Virus record (IMG/VR): IMGVR_UViG_3300008954_000023
Location: 1 to 64,000 of that record
Source: a virus
Direction: 5' to 3' (one strand)
Length of the DNA stretch: 64,000 bases
Shown here: piece after piece, positions 57,286 to 64,000 of the stretch
Layout of the letters: the number at the start of each line of letters is the position of its first letter
How positions within the stretch are numbered: the stretch's first letter is position 1
Notes under the pieces: generated by a model
What the model was told of the DNA's origin: nothing
What the model saw: the letters and a program-made list of their open reading frames with translations, nothing else
Databases searched by the model: none
Translations under genes and position numbers: made by a program

Positions 57286-58649
57286 CGGTCTCCCTTCTCC
57301 GGCCACTTGTGTTGCCGGCACCATGCGAGAACCGAGTAGGTAAGTCCTCGGCTCTGGTTGGTATTGCTGTCCATGAACAGGTCGATGACAGGATCCTTCT
57401 TCCCTGTCATGGGCCTAAGAATCCTGCCTGCGGCCTGAATCCACTCTGTAGCTGCGTGGTTGTCCGCCCCTATGGGCGAGGCCATCACCAATGCACTCAG
57501 AGCCTTCCGGTTGTATGCCTCCTTCCCCAGATGAACCGTAGTGGCCGTCACCTCGGCCAGGTTCAGCTGCCGAAGTCGCTCCTCGGCTCCCTGCTCTCGC
57601 TGGATGTGCCCCACACCCACACCATGCTCTCGCAGCATCCTGACTAAGAGATCAAGATGCTCACGGATATGACTGAGCAGGTAGACCTTGTGCCCCTCTT
57701 TGAGGCGCTTTCGTATCTGTCCGACGATCTGCGTGTTCCGACGCGACATCTCGCCGAGCCGGCTTCGAAGTCGTGAGACATTGGGTTGACCCAGACAGTC
57801 CAGGATCTCAGGATCGTCTGTGAGGTCTATCCCTGTCTCCCACACCCACACTTCAGGGATGAGGGCATCTTCGGCAGGATCGTCGTAGACCACAGGGCCG
57901 ATGTGAGCTGTCACGATGCCCTCGCATCGGTCCCTACGCTTCAAGGTCGCCGTTAGACCGAGTCGTCGCCCACTGGTGACGTTGCTCCCTACGCAGAACC
58001 ACTTCGCAGCTTGGTGATGCACCTCATCGAAGATGATGAGCCCAAAGCGACGAGCGAAGCCCGGAGGCAGGGCCCCAGCCTGAGCCCTCTTCGCCAAGGT
58101 CTGAATGGTGCACAGCACAACCCCGCACTTCCAGTCCATCTTGTCCTTGTCGATCCAGCCGACCTTCCCTCGATAGTCGAACCACTCTCGAAGCTCGATG
58201 GTCCAGTTCTCCAGGTGGGCGGCCTGTGCGGACACCACAAGGGTCGGACCAGGTGTCTCGCACGAGAGTCTCCAGCCCATGATGGTCTTCCCTCGGCCTG
58301 TGTCCAGACGGAGAGTGAGATCCTCATCCCATGCGACCATCGCTGCCCAGGCCGGGATCTGGTGCTGGAGTAGTGTGAAACCGGCCTTCGGTTTCATGTC
58401 TACCGGTGCGAACCGCTGCGGTCGAAGATCTACGAGCTCGACCTTCATCTGCTCGATAATCTCGGCTCTTACGGAGTTCCTCGGCACTTCCAGGTGGTGT
58501 TTGTGCTCTACCAGAAGTACTCGATCTTCTCCTTGGAAGTCAGGGAAGGTCAGCATCCTCTGGAGAGGAGCCCGCCCGAAAGCTGACTTCGGGAGGTAAA
58601 GGTCGTTCCCGATGTAGGCCTTGTCAGATTCCAGGCGGGCCAGCCTCAT
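57252..58649 (-). CDS. Superfamily 2 (UvsW/XPB-like) DNA helicase
   Basis: LDTGRGKT, FDEVH, GLTAT, QAAGRILR; ATGA coupling at 58646-58649. Confidence 0.88.
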   Translation of the reverse strand: MRLARLESDKAYIGNDLYLPKSAFGRAPLQRMLTFPDFQGEDRVLLVEHKHHLEVPRNSVRAEIIEQMKVELVDLRPQRFAPVDMKPKAGFTLLQHQIPAWAAMVAWDEDLTLRLDTGRGKTIMGWRLSCETPGPTLVVSAQAAHLENWTIELREWFDYRGKVGWIDKDKMDWKCGVVLCTIQTLAKRAQAGALPPGFARRFGLIIFDEVHHQAAKWFCVGSNVTSGRRLGLTATLKRRDRCEGIVTAHIGPVVYDDPAEDALIPEVWVWETGIDLTDDPEILDCLGQPNVSRLRSRLGEMSRRNTQIVGQIRKRLKEGHKVYLLSHIREHLDLLVRMLREHGVGVGHIQREQGAEERLRQLNLAEVTATTVHLGKEAYNRKALSALVMASPIGADNHAATEWIQAAGRILRPMTGKKDPVIDLFMDSNTNQSRGLTYSVLAWCRQHKWPEKGDRWRRTRTTWKT

Positions 58650-59116
58650 TCCTCTTGTGCCCTCTTCTTTCCTCGCCGGATCGCAGCAGCGAGGGGGTCG
58701 GGGTAGGCCACGCGCGGAATGCTGTCGACGGCATACTGCGCCTCCTTCAGTCCTGCGCCGACGGAGGAGAGTCCTGCGTTGATGGCCAGTGCCCCGAAGA
58801 AGGACACATCCTCGCCGTGGTCTACTTCCTCTAAGGCCGTAGACGTCGTGTGTCTTCTCGCAGGGAGTTGCCGGCCACTTGTTGTCCGGGACGACCCTCG
58901 ATTCCCTCGATTGGGCCGATTCGTGGTCTTCTGCGTCCGCTGCCGCTCTGCAGCCTTCCTCCGATCCCGTTGGGCCGTCAGGACCTTGCATCCGCGCCGC
59001 ACAGGGCATGCGAGGCAGTCCGGATGATCTTCTTCGTACTCATCCCCGAAGCACGGGGGCTTCTCCTGTCTGGTGGTGGTAGTTCTGTTGCTTCCGAAGC
59101 GCTCGTCATAGCTCAA
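58646..59116 (-). CDS. Cys-cluster hypothetical protein, first gene of the replication operon
   Basis: TTG start with strong AAAGGAGG SD; CFG...CLACPVRRGC. Confidence 0.65.
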   Translation of the reverse strand: MSYDERFGSNRTTTTRQEKPPCFGDEYEEDHPDCLACPVRRGCKVLTAQRDRRKAAERQRTQKTTNRPNRGNRGSSRTTSGRQLPARRHTTSTALEEVDHGEDVSFFGALAINAGLSSVGAGLKEAQYAVDSIPRVAYPDPLAAAIRRGKKRAQEE

Positions 59117-59188
59117 CGCTAAAGCCCTCCTTTGGTTGGCAGCGCGCTTATGACGGAGTTGCGGACGATATGTTAGGTTCAACACGAG

Positions 59189-60226
59189 GTGCCCATGCCT
59201 GTTCTCGACTTCGCTGACGATCACGGCCAGAGCCTGATGACTGCCCTGGGAGCTCCGCCGGAGTTCCTCAAGACGGCCGCCTGGGTGGAGCCCGCCGAGG
59301 CCTTGGACCGCGACTTCGCTCTCATCCTGCGAGATCCCAAGAGCGGAGAGGAGGTACGCAAGTACGCTTCTCACGATGCCGGGAACACCGCGGTCTCGAT
59401 GTTCTACCTGACGCAGGCTCAGGGGTTCCTGGGCGCGGCCGCGCTCAAGACCGCTGCTGTGAACCTTCGCCACTCGGCCGCCTACCAAGGCGTACCCATC
59501 CCTGATGAAGTTTCGAAGCTCGCGTCGCTCGAGCTCATCTCCAACAAGGACGTCATCGATGAGCGACGGGTCTACCACCGGCCCCCTCGGCGCTCTGTGA
59601 CTTCGCCTGTGGCGGCGAAGCTGGCCGGCTTCAACCTTTTGTCTTCGGCGAAGGAGAAGTGGCCGGATCTCCAGCCGCACGAGAAGCGGGCCATGGCCCT
59701 TCGGATCTCGAAGACGGCCGAGTTCATCCCGACCATGCAGGTTCCGCGACACATTCACAGGTACACAGGTACCCAGCTCAGTGAGAAGTTCGCCTCTCAC
59801 ATGAAGCGACGACTCGACTACGTCCGAGGGGAGGAGCTGCGAACGGAGTACCAGCGCCTCGCCAAGGTCGCCTCTGCGCTTCATCCCGATGAGGTCGCCC
59901 GTCTCGTCTTCCAGCTCGATGCGAATGCGGGGCTGCGGTGGCGGGGTGGTGATCGCTACGGCGAGAAGCTCGCGGACCCCTACCTGTGCGTCTACGATGC
60001 TCCGCCGAAGGAGGCGGAGTGGAGCTGGACTTCGGGCGCGGACTACACGAATGCGACCCAGCTGGAGATGCTCGCAGCGAATCCAGAGGCCAGAGAGATC
60101 TTCACGTCCACCTTCACCGATGAGCTGTGGCAGAAGTTCAAGGCAGGCCCGGTGGAGACCTTCACGAGCCAGCCGGAGCACAGCCAGCGCCTGATGGCTC
60201 GGATGGCCAACCGGCACGACGGGTAG
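59189..60226 (+). CDS. Head-region protein rich in K-x-A motifs
   Basis: 345 aa; start at 59189 or 59195; two genes upstream of the portal. Confidence 0.75.
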   Translation: MPMPVLDFADDHGQSLMTALGAPPEFLKTAAWVEPAEALDRDFALILRDPKSGEEVRKYASHDAGNTAVSMFYLTQAQGFLGAAALKTAAVNLRHSAAYQGVPIPDEVSKLASLELISNKDVIDERRVYHRPPRRSVTSPVAAKLAGFNLLSSAKEKWPDLQPHEKRAMALRISKTAEFIPTMQVPRHIHRYTGTQLSEKFASHMKRRLDYVRGEELRTEYQRLAKVASALHPDEVARLVFQLDANAGLRWRGGDRYGEKLADPYLCVYDAPPKEAEWSWTSGADYTNATQLEMLAANPEAREIFTSTFTDELWQKFKAGPVETFTSQPEHSQRLMARMANRHDG

Positions 60227-60231
60227 TCAGT

Positions 60232-61764
60232 ATGGCCACCCCCCTCCCAGAGCTGCTGGGAGATGAGCAGGCTCATCCGCTTGCTCTCTTCGCAGGACTC
60301 TCACGCCGCTACGGCATGAGCTGGGTGGAGTGGTCTGCCTCTACGCTCCGCATCTCACTGGAACAGCTGCTTGTAGGGAGTGGGCAGGAGCTCGTAGAGA
60401 TCAACCTCCATAAGGCCCTTGCCGCCGCCGCCCTCTCGAACTCTGATGGGTTCTGGAGGGACTGGCCGACGTTCCACTTCCTCTGCAATCCCCTCAACAA
60501 CAACATCCCGAACCCTTCGGCGCATCAGGATCTGACTGTTGCTCAGATGATGGTTGCGGTAGATATCGCCATATCCTTGCGGAAGCTCCTGAAGAAAGTG
60601 CACCAAAACCCCTCATTCTCCGAGGAGGTTGCACGGTACGTGGCTGCGCAGGCACTGACCCAGGGCGTGTGGTACCTTCCGGGTGCGCTTGCCTTCGCAG
60701 CTCAGTTCGCAGAAGGACGGAACTACAAGTGCAAGGATTGTGGCAACGAAGCTGAGATCATCTTCGATGACGCGACCTGTGACGTCTGCACTGAACGGTG
60801 GGACGCTACGAGTTTGGGATCGTGGAAGCCGAACCCGGACCTGGTGAAGAAGTGGGGTAAAAACCTACGATTCTTTTCCAAGAACCCGACGGATCGGGTC
60901 GAAGCGCGGCTGGAACAGGTACTCGGCAACCCGACCATCGTGCTTCGTGAGAGCCAGACAGATCGCTGTGTGGCACACATCCTCGTAGCTCTACAGTATG
61001 TCGGGTACCGGCGAGAGCAGTACAAGGTTCAGACTTCGAAGATGCTTCCTGAGGCTGAGAAGGTGGCCTTCTTCTCTCCTCGTCGGATGGGCCAGCAGGT
61101 GAAGTGGATGGGTCAGCAGATGGCCTCTCCCAAGAAGTGGCCTGAGAACATCCGCAAGGGCTTCAAGGCGACGACGAATATGGGTGGGGACATCCACACC
61201 ACTACCTCTGCGGGAGGACGGGAGCGCATCTTCAAAGGCTCCAAGAACGATCTCAAAGAGCGGGTACAGGAGCACGCAACGGGAACGGGTGATCGGGACG
61301 CGCTCGAGTTCCTTCGGGGGAAGAAGAAGGGCAAGCACAAGTACACCGCCGACTTCCACACTGGAACCCGTCTACGGGACAAGGCCCGCCGTGCAGGACT
61401 CCTCTCCAACGTGGCGAAGTACGAAGGACCAGACAAGGTCCGGAAGACCTTCAACACTCTCAACCGTGCCCGCCCAGGCACCATGGCCGTAGCGGCCCCT
61501 CTTACAGCCGTCAGTGCTCGGGAGAACCTGAAGAAGGAAGACCCCCACACCGGAAGGCAGCGGTCTAAGCTCGAGCGGGCAGGGAGAGCTGTAGGCGGGG
61601 CTGCTGCAGATGTTGCCGGTATGCGGGTGGGTATGACGGCAGGCATGCTTGCCTCGATGGCAGGAGAGTCCGCAGGAGGCGCAGCGGGACGAGGTGTTAG
61701 CGGTACAGGGAAGGCTGTGAAGTCTGGGGTTGAGAAGTTCAGGGCCCGCAAGAAGGCTGAGTGA
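60232..61764 (+). CDS. Two-part protein: Zn-ribbon-containing N-domain plus a basic glycine-zipper C-module after EKVA
   Basis: CKDC...CDVC; composition shifts after PEAEKVAFF to K/R/G-rich. Confidence 0.7.
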   Translation: MATPLPELLGDEQAHPLALFAGLSRRYGMSWVEWSASTLRISLEQLLVGSGQELVEINLHKALAAAALSNSDGFWRDWPTFHFLCNPLNNNIPNPSAHQDLTVAQMMVAVDIAISLRKLLKKVHQNPSFSEEVARYVAAQALTQGVWYLPGALAFAAQFAEGRNYKCKDCGNEAEIIFDDATCDVCTERWDATSLGSWKPNPDLVKKWGKNLRFFSKNPTDRVEARLEQVLGNPTIVLRESQTDRCVAHILVALQYVGYRREQYKVQTSKMLPEAEKVAFFSPRRMGQQVKWMGQQMASPKKWPENIRKGFKATTNMGGDIHTTTSAGGRERIFKGSKNDLKERVQEHATGTGDRDALEFLRGKKKGKHKYTADFHTGTRLRDKARRAGLLSNVAKYEGPDKVRKTFNTLNRARPGTMAVAAPLTAVSARENLKKEDPHTGRQRSKLERAGRAVGGAAADVAGMRVGMTAGMLASMAGESAGGAAGRGVSGTGKAVKSGVEKFRARKKAE

Positions 61765-63815
61765 TGGGTACGCATTTCCTCTCCGGAGCACAGCAGAACC
61801 GCTACAACCAGCGGCCCTCAACCAACTTCCTTGGCTCTCGTGGCTTTGGGATTCGCTACCCATCCCCCTTCTTCGATGTCGCGCAGCAGTTCCTTCCCGA
61901 GAACGTACATCAGCTTCAAATCTGGTGTCGCTTCTACTTCCTGACGAACCCAGTGGTGAACGTCGGCTGCAGGAAGATGTCGGAGTACTCGGTCACGCCC
62001 ATCATCTGGCAGACCGAGGATGAGCAGGTCCTCCGGCTCTACAAGGATGTGGAGCGTAGGCTCCGGTTCCGGCAGTTCCAGGTCGAGACAGGTCTCGACT
62101 ACAACGTCTACGGCAACTCCTTCACCTCAGTCCTCTTCGGACTGGAGAAGTACCTGGGCTGCCGCAAGTGCGACATGCAGTTCCGTGCCCGTACCAACCG
62201 CAGCCTCTACAAGTGGCGGTCAGGCCGCTTCCATCTTCGTTGTACCAGCTGCCGGTATGTCGGCCCGGCCAAGCAGCACGATTACTACCCTCGAAGCGTT
62301 CGCCGTATCCGAATCGTCAGGTGGAATCCTGAGAACATCGACATCAAGCACAACGATGTCACCGGGGCCAACAGGTACTACTACCGCCTGCCTCGTCGTA
62401 TCCGGAATGACATCAAGCTCGGGGACAGGGAGACCATCGAAACGCTTCCGGCTCCGTTCCTGGAGGCCGCCCGTCGAGGGAAGGCGCTTCTCTTCAAGGA
62501 TGGGAGCATCTTCCATCTGAAGCGTCCCACTGTGGCCACCAAGGACATGGGCTGGGGATCGCCCCTCATTTACCCACTCCTCAAGGATGCGTTCTACCTT
62601 CAGGTCCTGAAGAAGGCACAGGAAGCTCTGATGATGGAGCATACGGTGCCCCTTCGGATGATCTTCCCCGGCCCCTCCACAGGCGGGAACGACAAGCCGT
62701 ACAGTGCCTACAACCTGGGAGCGTGGAAGTCGAAGATCGATGCCGAGATCAATGTCTGGCGGCGTGACCCGAACTACATCCCCATCCTGCCGGTCAACAT
62801 GGGGTACCAGCAGCTTGGCGGCACAGCCAAGGCTCTCATCCTCCATCACGAGTTCCGCCTCTTCGCCGAGCAGATGCTCAGCGGTATGGGGATCCCGCCA
62901 GAGTTCGTCATGGGCGGTCTGCAGTGGTCGGCTTCGAACACAGCTCTGCGCGGCCTGGAGAACACCTTCCTCGGCTACAACGAGGATCGCTACGGCCTGA
63001 TGGACTGGGTGGTGGAGAAGCTCTCCTCCCATATGCAGTGGCCCAAGGTGCCGTTCGCCTTCGGCAAGTTCAAGATGGCCGACGACCTGCAGCGGTCGAT
63101 GTTCCTCTTCCAGCTCAACCAGGCACAGAAGATCTCCGACCGACGTCTCCTCGAAGATATCGGGGAAGACTTCGACCTCGAGAACAAGAGGATGGGCGAG
63201 GAGCTCAACAAGCAGATCGACACGCAGCGGAAGATGCAGCTCGCGGCCGCAGACGTGCAGGGCGCAGCACAGCTCCGGACAGGGAGGTACCAGGCCAAGG
63301 TCCAGGAGCTCCAGATGGCCGCACAGATGCGTGCCCAGATGGAAGCTCAGATGGCACAGCAGCAGGGCGCTGGGGGCGCTCCTGGGCAGGAACAGCAGCC
63401 GCAGCAGGGACAAGAGGCCCAACCCCAGCAAGGCCAGGAGCAGGGCCAGGAGCAGCCTGCTGGAGCCTCCGAAGGCTCTGTGAATGCCGAGAATGCTCAG
63501 GCTCCGAACGAGTCGGCCGTGCCTACGGCCATGGCCGGGATGGAGTCTCCCATCAATGCGGGCCAGCAAGGCGGCTTCGACCTCACCTATGTGGCACAGC
63601 GCGCAGCTTCGTACCTGCGGCAGGTGAAGGAAGAGGGCGGGGAGCAGGCGATGTATCAGGAGATGCAGCGCATGCAGATGGAAAACCCCAACCTGTATCG
63701 CCTCGTTGTTCAGCTCATGAACGATCAAGGCGCGAACACCGATCCCATGAACGCGAATCAGATGCCGCAGCCTTCGCAGCGTGCGCAACGGCGTGATCCT
63801 GCACGGCAAACTTGA
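61761..63815 (+). CDS. Portal protein (putative) with Zn-ribbon insertion and Gln-rich tail
   Basis: NPVVN...MSEY, DYNVYGNSF, IFHLKR...GWGSPLI, GMGIPPEFVMG resemble phage portal motifs; CRKC...CTSC insert. Confidence 0.75.
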   Translation: MMGTHFLSGAQQNRYNQRPSTNFLGSRGFGIRYPSPFFDVAQQFLPENVHQLQIWCRFYFLTNPVVNVGCRKMSEYSVTPIIWQTEDEQVLRLYKDVERRLRFRQFQVETGLDYNVYGNSFTSVLFGLEKYLGCRKCDMQFRARTNRSLYKWRSGRFHLRCTSCRYVGPAKQHDYYPRSVRRIRIVRWNPENIDIKHNDVTGANRYYYRLPRRIRNDIKLGDRETIETLPAPFLEAARRGKALLFKDGSIFHLKRPTVATKDMGWGSPLIYPLLKDAFYLQVLKKAQEALMMEHTVPLRMIFPGPSTGGNDKPYSAYNLGAWKSKIDAEINVWRRDPNYIPILPVNMGYQQLGGTAKALILHHEFRLFAEQMLSGMGIPPEFVMGGLQWSASNTALRGLENTFLGYNEDRYGLMDWVVEKLSSHMQWPKVPFAFGKFKMADDLQRSMFLFQLNQAQKISDRRLLEDIGEDFDLENKRMGEELNKQIDTQRKMQLAAADVQGAAQLRTGRYQAKVQELQMAAQMRAQMEAQMAQQQGAGGAPGQEQQPQQGQEAQPQQGQEQGQEQPAGASEGSVNAENAQAPNESAVPTAMAGMESPINAGQQGGFDLTYVAQRAASYLRQVKEEGGEQAMYQEMQRMQMENPNLYRLVVQLMNDQGANTDPMNANQMPQPSQRAQRRDPARQT

Positions 63816-63822
63816 GAGAACC

Positions 63823-64000
63823 ATGCACTACAAGTCTGCGGAATACATCTACGACCTGTACGAGAAGGTGGCAGGACGGGCATACCTCAAGAACCTGCGC
63901 CGGCTCGCGCGTCGAGGAGATATCGCAGCCATAGAGCGTGAAGTTGCCCGACTTCATGCGGCCGGGAAGCTCAAGATCTCTCCACAAGGAACTCAGATCC
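63823..64000 (+). CDS. Hypothetical basic protein, 3'-truncated
   Basis: MHYKSAEYIYDLYEKVAGRAYLKNLRR... open to the window end. Confidence 0.6.
   Translation, partial: MHYKSAEYIYDLYEKVAGRAYLKNLRRLARRGDIAAIEREVARLHAAGKLKISPQGTQI

Noticed and set aside
58646-60217. 523-aa minus-strand ORF
   Set aside because: The upstream two thirds are antisense to the real 59189 gene; the plausible start is TTG 59116 with an AAAGGAGG SD
1-64000. Stop-codon reassignment, tRNA/rRNA genes or an integrase
   Set aside because: Genes are intact and tightly coupled under the standard code with all three stops in use; no tRNA T-arm/cloverleaf, rRNA or recombinase motif was recognised by eye

Overview
A 64-kb segment of a large, GC-rich (roughly 60-65% by eye) tailed bacteriophage genome, probably with a contractile tail. 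The host cannot be determined from this window. Layout: (i) 1-5.3 kb, small mostly minus-strand accessory genes (many with Cys Zn-ribbons) and a WGR-like/ATP-dependent DNA ligase. (ii) 5.4-41 kb, a plus-strand virion module: tape measure, baseplate hub with an inserted M15 peptidoglycan peptidase, gp25-like wedge, a 2213-aa baseplate-J-like protein, a PKD/wedge protein and a long fibre. A sigma-70-family factor and several small basic proteins are interleaved with it. (iii) 41-59 kb, a minus-strand replication/recombination module: RusA-like and Hjc-like resolvases, Cas4-like nuclease, RecA, HU, family-A DNA polymerase, putative SSB, primase, DnaB, a UDG-family protein and an SF2 helicase. (iv) 59-64 kb, plus-strand head genes including a portal. 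Two self-splicing elements are well supported. One is a 927-nt group I intron (47558-48484) with a LAGLIDADG endonuclease that splits polA at NPNL|QNIP. The other is a 414-aa LAGLIDADG intein in the DnaB P-loop. The most novel candidate system is a recurrent K-x-A(A/S/G) motif that marks a set of basic, non-structural-looking proteins in the virion operons (sigma factor, zincin protease, BECR-like RNase, glycine-zipper peptides), suggesting a protease-processed or capsid-targeted cargo set. A probable unannotated -1 frameshift extension lies at 41198-41022. All protein calls come from motif recognition by eye, with no database searches. No tRNA, rRNA or CRISPR array was seen.
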